64,000 bases of DNA. Origin: Pedosphaera sp. (GTDB lineage Bacteria > Verrucomicrobiota > Verrucomicrobiia > Limisphaerales > SIBH01). The notes under the pieces are model-generated. The model worked only from the letters and a program-made list of their open reading frames with translations, was not told where the DNA came from and made no database searches. The stretch is from NCBI GenBank assembly GCA_031414955.1, contig JANOQV010000149.1:1-64000 (forward strand), in the 5' to 3' direction. Below are positions 19,401 to 27,534 of the stretch, piece after piece; position 1 is the stretch's first letter, and each line of letters begins with the position of its first letter. The position numbers were made by a program, and so were the translations under genes.

Positions 19401-22400
19401 CGCGTCCGCCCCGTCGTTGTCGAGGATCGTGAGCACGGTCCCCGGCGGCAGAGACGTGAGATTGGTCACGGCCAGATTCGCGCCACTCACGGTCGCTGCG
19501 CCGTGGACCACAAGCTGGTCGTGGCCGGAGCCGGGGGCGGAACCGGCCACCTCGACGCGGAAGGTCACGAAGCTGTTCCAGAAAATGTTGCTGCTGGTGA
19601 GAATGCCCGGGCTTTCTCCGGGCGCGACGGACACGCTGTCAACATCACTCGTCATCGTTCCGACCACGCCCCGCCCGCCGAATTTGACACCATTGAGCAG
19701 GACTGCGTTGCCGGGCTGGAACCCGTTGATGATGGTGGAGGACGCCTGCGCGTCCGTGCGCGTGTAATGGTTCGTGCCGTTGAGCACCACGCCGGGGCCT
19801 TGAACCAGAAGCGTGGCCGGGACGGTTTCCGTGATCGGACCATCAATCGTCATCGAGCCGGCTCCGCCCAGCGTCACGTTCGTCGCCGTGAGGACGATCG
19901 GCGCCTGAATCCGGTTCGATCCGCTGATGGAACTCACCGTTCCGGCCACGGACAACGGCTCCGCGATGGTGATGCTGTTCTCCAGCCGCAAGGTCGCGCC
20001 CGCGCCGACCGTGGTGCCCGACGCCGTCGATCCGAGACCATCTGGATTCCCCACCCCCACGAGACCGGCCAGGATGTCCACCGGGCCGGAGAAGGTGTTG
20101 GTCCCTTGGAGCAGCAGGACGCTAGTCCCGGATTTCACCAGTCCGCCCGCGCCGCTCAACACCGAGGTTGGGCGAAACGCCGTCGTCGAAGTCCCGGCCA
20201 CGGTCAGCGTCTGCGCGCCCAGGGCGATGCCGCCCCGGAACTCCAACAGCCCCCCGCCCGCATTGCTGAAGGTTTGCGAAACGGGGAGTGAGACCGGGAA
20301 GCGCACCGAGTCCGTGCCGCTGGGCGCGGACATGGTGACGCCAGCCAGCAGCCGGACCTCGTTGCCCAGCATGATGTAGCCGCCCTGCTCGAAGCGGAGG
20401 GTGTTGAAGATGGTCCCGGCGGCGAAATCATTTTCACCGCTGAACCCCACCGCTCCGGCGGGGAACACCAGGTCGTCGCCCGGCTGCGGCAACACGTCGC
20501 CCACCCAGTTGGTGGGATTGCTCCACTGGAAATCGATGCCCGCGCCGTCCCAGGTGCGCGTCACGCCGGTGCCCACCAGGCCCACCATCCGCAGCGTCAC
20601 GTCTTTGGCGGAAGGATCGTTGGTGTAACTGATTTGCAAGACGACGAATCCGTTCGTGAGGAGCGTGCCCTCGGGCAGCCCAGCGAACTGGCCGCTCACA
20701 CTTCCGGTGTTGCAGTGGATAATCCGGAAGGTGTCGCCCACCACGGGCGTGAAGCCGAGCGAAGCGGTGAGTGCCGCGCCGCCGAGATTCAACCCGCCGA
20801 AGGAGAGCAAGTGATCGTAGTCCACGCCTTCGGTCGTGCCGTTCAACTCCATGGCCAGCGTGGTGGCGGGATTCCATGAACCGCCCGAGATGCGCAATTT
20901 TCCAGGACTGGTGCCCGGAGCCACGGTGCCGCCCGCCGCGCTCGTCACTGCGCCCGCCGTGCCGAACCCGCCCAGCAATCCCCCATTGAGCGTGATGGGC
21001 ACCAACGAAGAAGTGCTGTTCTGGAACACGTCACCCGCGTCAATCTGCACCACGGACGGCCCGGTGCTGGCGGCGATCAACTCCAGACGCCCCAACCCCG
21101 TCTTGCGAATACCCGTGCTGTCCGGCGTGGTGATGTCGGTGTTGAGGAGCAGGTCGGTCGCGACCGGACCGTTGGCAATGTTGAACTCGCGCAGGCCGCC
21201 GCCCCGCACGGCGAGATGTCCGTTGATGCGCGCCGCCGCGCCGGAGGACGTGGCGTTGACGCGGTTGGTCACGGTGAGCAGGCCGCTGCCGGTGTTCACG
21301 ACCGCGCCGGTCAGGGAGAGCGTGTTGAAGGCTTCGTTGAATCCGCCCAGGTCCAGCGTGCCCGCGCCATTCACGATGACCGTCGAGCCGTCGAAAATCT
21401 GGTTCGACGCGGTGAGGGAGACGGCGGGCGTGCCCAGCGCCGCCGTGCCGATGGTGAGATTGCCGCGCACGGCGTTCACGCCCGCCGGCTTCGAGAGAAT
21501 GAGCGAGCCATTATCGACCAAGGTCACGGTGGTGTAAGTGTTCGCGCCCGCGCCGCCGTAAATGAGTCCGCCCGGACCGACTTTGCGCACCGTGCCCGAG
21601 CCGCTGATGACGCTGTTGACGGTGATGTTGCCGCCGATGCTGCTGAAGGTGAGCGCGGACGAACCCAGCGCGATGTTCCCATTCCACACCAAGGTCGCGT
21701 TCTCGTTGGTGATGCTCTGCGCCGCCGCCAGCGTGATGGGGAAACTCGCCGCGCTGCTGCCGGCGTAGCTCGCGAAGACTCCGGCGTTCAACGAGAGACT
21801 GTTGCCAAACAAGTTGTAGCCCGCGCCGGTGACGCGGATGCGGTTGACCGTGGTGCCCGCCGGGAAGTTGTTCGTGTTCGCCAGCCGCAGCGCGCCGGAG
21901 GGGAACACCAGATCATCGCCGGGGAACGGCACCACGCCGCCGCCCCAGTTCGCCGCCGTGTTCCAGAAACCGTTCACGCCCGCGCCGCTCCACGTCCGCG
22001 TCACGCCTGTCGCGCCGATGCTGATGAGAATGAGTTCCACGTCATTGCCGTCGCCGGCGGAGTAAAGGATGCGGAAGGTGGAGTTGCTCACCGAGAAGCT
22101 TGCGCCGTCCGGCAGCCCGGCGAAGGTGCCGTTGATGAGATTCGCGCCGGTGTTGTCCACGATGAGAAAACTTTGCCCGACCACGGGGACGAAGCCACCG
22201 GTCAGCGTCACCGCAAGGGTGGCGTTCCCGAGCAGCACGTCCGCGTTGGCCACGAGCTGGTCATGGCCCGACCCCGGCGAGGTGCCGTTGATTTCCATGT
22301 TCAGCGTGGCCGTGCTGTTGAACTCGAAGTCCTTGTCCGAGGTGAACTGCCCCGGCCCGCCGTTGCCTGGCGCGACCGTGCAGCCGAGGCAGGTGAGACC

Positions 22401-23078
22401 GTTCACCCGGCCCTCGCCCATGACGGTGGTGTTGGTGTGCGCCGTGACGGGCGACGCGATCACCGCCGCGACGTGGAGCGTGCCGGTGTTGACGATGGTT
22501 GGCCCTTCGTAAGTGCAATCCACGCGCAGCAACAGCGTGCCGGCGCCGTTCTTGATCACGCTCGACGCCGCCGTGAGGCCGGAGATGCCGCCGCGCACGG
22601 TGATGTTGCCCGATCCGTCGAAGGTCGAGGTGAGAAGGTTCAGTTCCAGCGCACCATCGAGGTCCAGCGCAGCCCCGGCCTGCGTCACGTTGAACAGCGT
22701 CGGCGCCTTGTTCGTGATGGGAATCTCGAAACCCGTCAGCCCCGCGCCGTGCGTCACGCTCAGGCCGTTGGTGAGGTCGATGGCATTGCCCGTCGGCGTG
22801 GCGCGCACGGTGTAGCCGGCAACGCTGAAGGTGATGAGACCGATGTCGAACCCCGGCCCGAGGTCGTTGGTGTTCACGAAGGGCACGAGCCCGTTGAACG
22901 TCAGGCTGTCGCCGGACAGAGGCGCGAGGTTGCCGATCCAGTTCAAGCCGTTGCCCCACAAGTCGGTGGCTCCGCCGCCATCCCAGACCCGCGTGGCCGC
23001 GCGCGCCGGGAGCACGGTCAAGCAGAGCGCGAACAGAAGGCCAAGGAACAGGCGAACAGAATTCAGAGTTGTCTTCAT
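16428..23078 (-). CDS. Giant secreted protein with autotransporter-associated beta-strand repeats, five tandem modules
   Basis: AAGGAGG RBS, signal peptide; modules start TR.W.G.G...W....NW and end GDGNDV.L; K.G.G.L.L...NT(Y/F).G repeats. Confidence 0.85.
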   Translation of the reverse strand: MKTTLNSVRLFLGLLFALCLTVLPARAATRVWDGGGATDLWGNGLNWIGNLAPLSGDSLTFNGLVPFVNTNDLGPGFDIGLITFSVAGYTVRATPTGNAIDLTNGLSVTHGAGLTGFEIPITNKAPTLFNVTQAGAALDLDGALELNLLTSTFDGSGNITVRGGISGLTAASSVIKNGAGTLLLRVDCTYEGPTIVNTGTLHVAAVIASPVTAHTNTTVMGEGRVNGLTCLGCTVAPGNGGPGQFTSDKDFEFNSTATLNMEINGTSPGSGHDQLVANADVLLGNATLAVTLTGGFVPVVGQSFLIVDNTGANLINGTFAGLPDGASFSVSNSTFRILYSAGDGNDVELILISIGATGVTRTWSGAGVNGFWNTAANWGGGVVPFPGDDLVFPSGALRLANTNNFPAGTTVNRIRVTGAGYNLFGNSLSLNAGVFASYAGSSAASFPITLAAAQSITNENATLVWNGNIALGSSALTFSSIGGNITVNSVISGSGTVRKVGPGGLIYGGAGANTYTTVTLVDNGSLILSKPAGVNAVRGNLTIGTAALGTPAVSLTASNQIFDGSTVIVNGAGTLDLGGFNEAFNTLSLTGAVVNTGSGLLTVTNRVNATSSGAAARINGHLAVRGGGLREFNIANGPVATDLLLNTDITTPDSTGIRKTGLGRLELIAASTGPSVVQIDAGDVFQNSTSSLVPITLNGGLLGGFGTAGAVTSAAGGTVAPGTSPGKLRISGGSWNPATTLAMELNGTTEGVDYDHLLSFGGLNLGGAALTASLGFTPVVGDTFRIIHCNTGSVSGQFAGLPEGTLLTNGFVVLQISYTNDPSAKDVTLRMVGLVGTGVTRTWDGAGIDFQWSNPTNWVGDVLPQPGDDLVFPAGAVGFSGENDFAAGTIFNTLRFEQGGYIMLGNEVRLLAGVTMSAPSGTDSVRFPVSLPVSQTFSNAGGGLLEFRGGIALGAQTLTVAGTSTTAFRPTSVLSGAGGLVKSGTSVLLLQGTNTFSGPVDILAGLVGVGNPDGLGSTASGTTVGAGATLRLENSITIAEPLSVAGTVSSISGSNRIQAPIVLTATNVTLGGAGSMTIDGPITETVPATLLVQGPGVVLNGTNHYTRTDAQASSTIINGFQPGNAVLLNGVKFGGRGVVGTMTSDVDSVSVAPGESPGILTSSNIFWNSFVTFRVEVAGSAPGSGHDQLVVHGAATVSGANLAVTNLTSLPPGTVLTILDNDGADAVGGIFSGRPEGSLLTNNGTIYRLSYVGGDGNDVTLTVPFFPTGITRVWSGGGAGAFWSEGANWIGGIGPGNGDALEFPGVAARFINTNDLAPDTAFASLRITAPGTDSYSLYGNGLRLFGDFVHAGTVPHALFLPVTQGAALALRNENGSILFLQSVWEAGVHGLDIATPNSSLTAIFAGAELRGSGPVTKSGSGILQLTTSNSFTGPLTIALGEVNMSHGFGLGAAGGGVTVQSGGRLSLNTIPTLAESALTFLDNSTFHVVNGTSSVPASVTLSGSVVLSVGSGRELQLTGPVGGSGELRPQGGGRVLLTGANSYSGTLRLDSGTTLVHGPSPAMAVLGFAGDFGGTGIVSTVQFNSGTFAPGASPGVLTTSNLFLNVSPSLSIELNGLTPGVDYDQVVVRGTVNLNGTLHVNAGFAPSVGTVFTIIDNDGIDAVLAPFSNVPEGQLINGGGNVWLQISYLGGDGNDVTLTAVFNPTGVARFWSGAGTSGFWSEGANWAGGVVPANGDDLIFPGGAARYNNTNDLAPDTAFASLRFTDNTTGYELLGNGLRLFGDLVHAGDVLHTVFLPVTQGAALALRNENGALLVLQSVWNTDTNALEITTMNGSSTAFFPGSELRGSGPVTKNGFGEVRFTTSNSFTGPLTIAAGGVSVEHGFGLGAVGGGVTVQALGQLLLNAVPTLAENALSFLDNSLFRVINGTSSVPASVSLAGSVALSLTSGRELRLTGPVSGTGVLTAQGGGRTILTGASSYGGTLQLNEGTTLVHGPSPAMAVVSLGGNFGGTGVVSTVLLHFGTLAPGASPGLLTTSNLFLNFNPTLAVELNGLTPGVDYDQVVVQGTVNLNGLLAISLGFTPPLGTVFTIIDNDGADAVIQPFRNLAEGAVTNVGGVDLRISYLGGDGNDVTLTVPGGSAPPSTIQFSGVNSNGLFTLTGAGISNAPYVLEATATLNPPIPWLPIATNNSDANGVYQFIDLVSTNFPIRFYRVLSP

Positions 23079-23167
23079 AGATGCCTCCTTCAAAGGAGCC
23101 GGCCGGGCGCTGTCACAGAAGAAGTGAAATTATTTGCGCGAGATTTTTTGCTGACGGGTGGCGGCGT

Positions 23168-23201
23168 CTTGGAGTGCGGTGACAAGTCCCCGCACTCCAA
23201 G
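23168..23201. repeat. REP-like hairpin, same family as 10252..10308
   Basis: cttggagtgcgg-tgacaagtcc-ccgcactccaag, immediately after the kinase stop. Confidence 0.75.
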
Positions 23202-26200
23202 TCAGCGGGTGGCGGCTCCGTTCGCGGCGTCGAGACGCGTCTTCCACTGCGCGGCTTTCTCGGGCTTGGGCCAGGCTTCGTAGAGGCGCGGGAGGCGGGC
23301 CAGGGCGTCGCGGCGGTAGTTCGCGGCCACCGAGGGATCGGCCTCCAGCGCGGCGGAGGATTCGAGCAGGAGTTTTTCCGCCTCGGCGAAGCGCGCAGTC
23401 CGCTGGTCGGGCGCGAGGTCCGGTTCGATGACGGCCACCACAACGATGGCGAAGCCGAGGCGGCTGACGGTGTCGGGGAACCGCCACTTGGGGTTGTTCG
23501 CGCCGGCTTCGCGGGCGGCGCGGCAGTCGCGCAGAATTTGCTCGGCTTCGCGGGCGCGGGCCAGGGAGTTGCCCGAGCCGCGCTCGGTCCAGGCCCACTC
23601 GGAAAGGCAGCGGGCCAGCGTGGCGGCGATGGCCAGCGAAGTTTCGCTGTTGGTCTCGCCGCGTTTCACCTTGCCCTCATGGAACTGGCGGAAAATCGGC
23701 TCGGCCTCGGCGAACTTGCCTTCGCGAAACAGATTGTCGGCCCGGGTGTAGGCGAGGGTGGAGCCGGTGAACATGGTCGCGGCGGAAGCTCCGCTCCCGG
23801 CGATTTGTTTCTGCCGGTCGTCGAGCGTCGCCTGGAATTGCTTCGCCTCGTCGGCCCGGCCCAGGGCCGTGGTGATCTCAATCAGGGTTTGCAGGGAGCG
23901 CAGCGTGTCCGGGTGGTTGGGGCCGAGCGCGCGTTCCTGCACCCCGAGATTGGCGCGGTGCATGGACTCGGCGTTGGTGCGGCGGCCCTGCTGCCAGACG
24001 GCGCGCGCGAGTTCGTGCGCGGCTTGCAGCGTGACGCGGTCGTCGCGGCCGCGACCCTGGCCGAGCAGGGCCACGGCTTCGCGTCCGAGCGTCTCGGCCG
24101 CGGGCCAGTGGCCGAGTTCCCCTTCGAGTGCGGCCAGTTCCTTGAGCGCGCTGGCGCTGTGGGTGTGGTTTGAGCCGAGCGCGCGGCGGCTTCGCGTCAG
24201 CGTCTCGCCCAACACGCCTGCGGCCTCGTTGCTCCGGCCCGCCGCGCGATGGACGCGCGCCAGATCGAGTTGCGCAGCCAGCGTGTCAGGATGATCCGGG
24301 CCGCGCATCTTGAGATACGCTTCCACCACCTGGCGCACAATCGGCTCGGCCTCGGCATGGCGATCCTGGGTGATGAGTCCGCCGGCCAGATGGTCGAGTG
24401 CGGCCAGCGTGTCGGGGTGCGCGTCGCCCGCGTGCTTGTGCAGGCCGGCCAGCGCCTCGCGCAGCATGGCGTCGCCATCCTCGCGGTGCCCGGCCCGGCC
24501 ATAGACGTAAGCGAGGTTGCTCAAGGTGCGCAGCGTGTGCGGATGGTCGCGGCCCAGCAGCTTCTGCTGGTGTTCGAGAACGGATTCGTAAAGGAGGCAG
24601 GCCACGGGCCACTGGCCGAGTTGAACTTTGACCGCAGCCAGTTCCGAACCGGCCTGATATTTCTCGGGCGCGTCGGGCGGATAGCGCAGCCGGTAGATTT
24701 CAACGACTCGCGCGAGGGCCCGCTCGGCCTCGGCGTAGCGGGCCTGGGCCAGCCACACGCCGGCCTGGGCGCGCTGGGTCCGGAGGGTGTCGGCGTTGGT
24801 CGGGCCAAGCGTGCGGGTCTGGATTTCGAGCACGCCCGCGAGCCGTTGCTCGGCATTGGTGTAGCGGCCCCGCGCGGTCTCGACGCGCGCCAGATCGACC
24901 AGCAAACGCAGGCGGCGCGGGTCTTCCGGTTTCCAGAGCGCGCCGCTGATTTCCAGGGATCGGCGCAACAGCGCCCCGGCCTGTTCCGCGTGGCCGAGTT
25001 CCAAGGAGGCCAGCGCCACCTCCTGCAACGCGGTCAACGTGTCGGGATGCCCCGCGCCGGAAATCTGTTCGCGCAAGACCCGCGCGCGTTCGGCGTGGCG
25101 CAGGGCGTCGTTGAAGAGCGCGAGGTGGCGCGAGGTCGCGGCCATGATTTCGCGCACCTCGGCTTCGACCTCGGGCTGATTGGTAAGCGTGGCGTCCACC
25201 CGCGCCGCCGCCACGGCGACCATTTCCCGCAACAGCCGCGTGTCGCGCCCGAGCGCCTGATCGGCGGTGACGCCGCCGAGCAGTTCCTTGAGGAAGGCGG
25301 TGGTCTGCCGGCTCTTGGCGCTCTCGGCCCGGGCCTGGCGGGCGTGATCTTGCGCCACGGCTCGGGCGTGATCGGCGCGGATGGCCTGCACCCAAGCCAC
25401 TGCGGTGCCGACGACGAGCGCCAGCACCGCGACGGTGGCGAACGCGGCGGGGAAGCGATTTTTCTCCACCCACTTGCGCGCCTTGTAAATCCGGCTGGCC
25501 GGGCGGGCCTGAATCGGGTCGCCGTTCAAGAAGTTCCGCAAATCATCGGCGAGCGCCTGGGCCGAGCCGTAGCGGCGCGAAGAATCCTTCTCCAGACACT
25601 TGAGGCAAATGGTTTCCAGGTCGGCCGGCACGCTGGTGTTCAACTGGCGCGGCGCAGGCGGCTCCTGTTCCGCCACGGCGCGTAGCACTTCCGTGGCGTT
25701 ACCCGCGACAAACGGCGGACGCCCCGTGAGCAGGCAATAGAGAATCCCACCCAGCCCATACACGTCGCTCCACACGCCGATCGGGCCAAACCGTGACGAC
25801 GCCTGCTCGGGCGGCACGTAGCCCGGCGTGCCAATCATGTCGCCCGTGGCGGTGAGGCTCGACTCCTGATCGATCTGCCGCGCCAGCCCGAAGTCCGTGA
25901 TGCGCGGTGCGCCCTGCGCATCGAGTAGCACGTTGGAGGGTTTGAGATCACGGTGCAGCACGCCCTGGCCGTGCGCGTACTCAATCGCCCCGGCCAGCGT
26001 GAGAGCCAATTCCGCCGCGCGCCGCGCCGGCCACGGCTGGCCGCGCGTCTTGTCCCCGAGGTCCGCGCCCTCGATGAATTCCATGGCGAAGAACGGCTGC
26101 CCCTGGTCCTCGCCCCAATCGAGAATCTTCACGATGGCCGGATGGCTCAACCGCGCCGCCGCCTGCGCCTCCTGCACAAATCGTTTCTTGAAAGCGTCAC

Positions 26201-26498
26201 TCGCGTGCGTGCCGCCCAGCAGCATCTTGAGCGCGACGGTGCGGTTCAATTCCGCCTGCCGCGCCCGGTACACCACGCCCATGCCGCCGCGCGCCACCGT
26301 GCCGAGAAGGGTGTACTTGCCCACCGTCGCCTCCGACTCCTCCCCCACCGGCAGGTCGTCGAGGAAGCCCGGCCCGAGCGGCGTGGAATCCGGCAACTCC
26401 AGCGCGCGCCGCATCAGGCAGCGATCACAGGCCGCGTCTGGCGAGGGCAACACCGCGCCGCAGGACTCGCAAACGGGATGAGCGCTCAAGCCGTTCAT
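23202..26498 (-). CDS. Serine/threonine protein kinase with TM segment and C-terminal TPR repeats
   Basis: ARGGMGVVY, VALK, HRDLKPSN, TDFGLA, GTPGY.PPEQ, SDVY; N-terminal CxxC...CxxC; repeated LG.DHPDTL. Confidence 0.95.
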   Translation of the reverse strand: MNGLSAHPVCESCGAVLPSPDAACDRCLMRRALELPDSTPLGPGFLDDLPVGEESEATVGKYTLLGTVARGGMGVVYRARQAELNRTVALKMLLGGTHASDAFKKRFVQEAQAAARLSHPAIVKILDWGEDQGQPFFAMEFIEGADLGDKTRGQPWPARRAAELALTLAGAIEYAHGQGVLHRDLKPSNVLLDAQGAPRITDFGLARQIDQESSLTATGDMIGTPGYVPPEQASSRFGPIGVWSDVYGLGGILYCLLTGRPPFVAGNATEVLRAVAEQEPPAPRQLNTSVPADLETICLKCLEKDSSRRYGSAQALADDLRNFLNGDPIQARPASRIYKARKWVEKNRFPAAFATVAVLALVVGTAVAWVQAIRADHARAVAQDHARQARAESAKSRQTTAFLKELLGGVTADQALGRDTRLLREMVAVAAARVDATLTNQPEVEAEVREIMAATSRHLALFNDALRHAERARVLREQISGAGHPDTLTALQEVALASLELGHAEQAGALLRRSLEISGALWKPEDPRRLRLLVDLARVETARGRYTNAEQRLAGVLEIQTRTLGPTNADTLRTQRAQAGVWLAQARYAEAERALARVVEIYRLRYPPDAPEKYQAGSELAAVKVQLGQWPVACLLYESVLEHQQKLLGRDHPHTLRTLSNLAYVYGRAGHREDGDAMLREALAGLHKHAGDAHPDTLAALDHLAGGLITQDRHAEAEPIVRQVVEAYLKMRGPDHPDTLAAQLDLARVHRAAGRSNEAAGVLGETLTRSRRALGSNHTHSASALKELAALEGELGHWPAAETLGREAVALLGQGRGRDDRVTLQAAHELARAVWQQGRRTNAESMHRANLGVQERALGPNHPDTLRSLQTLIEITTALGRADEAKQFQATLDDRQKQIAGSGASAATMFTGSTLAYTRADNLFREGKFAEAEPIFRQFHEGKVKRGETNSETSLAIAATLARCLSEWAWTERGSGNSLARAREAEQILRDCRAAREAGANNPKWRFPDTVSRLGFAIVVVAVIEPDLAPDQRTARFAEAEKLLLESSAALEADPSVAANYRRDALARLPRLYEAWPKPEKAAQWKTRLDAANGAATR

Positions 26499-26511
26499 GC
26501 GGATTTTTTTG

Positions 26512-26653
26512 AACCACGAATGGACACGAATTCACACGAAATGGAACCAGGAATTGAGACACGGATTTCACGGATGAGCACGGATTCAATCCGTGAAAAT
26601 TCGTAAAATCCGTGTCTGAACTTATTCGTGTTCATGCGTGTCCATTCGTGGTT
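26512..26653. repeat. Nested inverted repeats built from ~9-nt (A)CACG(G/A)AT units
   Basis: Outer arms 26512..26540 and 26625..26653; inner arms 26558..26586 and 26588..26616. Confidence 0.8.
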
Positions 26654-26669
26654 TCAACTGCTTTCTCCA

Positions 26670-27428
26670 TTAACGGGATTCGTCCAACGCTGTCACGCCG
26701 GGCGAACTGCCCAGCACTTCCAGGAAATAACGCAGTTCCTCCCGCCAGTCCGTCTCCGCCCCGGTGGTCTCGCGGATTTCCTCTTCCAGCAATTCGCGGA
26801 ACCGCTGCCTCAACCGCGAAACGGCCATGCGGACCGCGCCCTCCTTCATGCCGAGCCGCGCCGCCACCGGAGCGTAAGCGCCGTCCGGCGGATCGATTTG
26901 CAGAAACGGTCGCAGCGCGGCGAACACCGTCCGCCGCCGTGCCGCCATGCACTCCGCCTCCAGCCGGTCCATTGCGAGCGCGACGAGCTGATGCGCCCAG
27001 TTCCGGTCCAGTGCGACCTCCAGCCGCTCCGCTGGCAGCGCCGGATCGTGCCGGCGCTGGCCGTCCTCGCCCGTCTCGTCCAGCGAATGCGTCACCTGGC
27101 CGCCGCCGCGCTTGGCCGCCAGCGCCTTGTCCCATTCGTCGCGGATGAAATTCGTGACGCACACCTGGATGAAAGTGCGGAAGCGGCCCTTGGCCGGGTC
27201 CACCGCGCGCAGAAAATCCCGCCGCAAGGAATCGTGGATGAACTGTTGCGCCGACTCCTCGGCCTCTTCCGGAGAACACCGTTTGCGAGCCTGAAACTCC
27301 AGGCAGATGGGCCGGCGATAGCGCGTGAAAAGTTTCTCCAGCGCTGCCAACCGCACGTCCTCGTCCCCGCTGCGCGCCGCGATCACGGTCGTCCAGGCGG
27401 TGGCATCGGCGAAGAAGGGCTGGTTCAT
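26670..27428 (-). CDS. ECF-type RNA polymerase sigma factor (kinase-associated type)
   Basis: T.WT.V..A, ALE.L...Y, DPAKGRFRTF, AAKRGGG, DRNWA, A.RLGM.EGAVRMAVSRLR.RF. Confidence 0.9.
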   Translation of the reverse strand: MNQPFFADATAWTTVIAARSGDEDVRLAALEKLFTRYRRPICLEFQARKRCSPEEAEESAQQFIHDSLRRDFLRAVDPAKGRFRTFIQVCVTNFIRDEWDKALAAKRGGGQVTHSLDETGEDGQRRHDPALPAERLEVALDRNWAHQLVALAMDRLEAECMAARRRTVFAALRPFLQIDPPDGAYAPVAARLGMKEGAVRMAVSRLRQRFRELLEEEIRETTGAETDWREELRYFLEVLGSSPGVTALDESR

Positions 27429-27534
27429 GCGGCGGCTGTGGACATGGCTGTTTCGTCAACCTCTGGTTGTCGTTGGTCGGGCGGAGTGAAGCAAAAAGCG
27501 CCGCTGACAGCCAGCCCAAAACCAGCGGCGGAGT

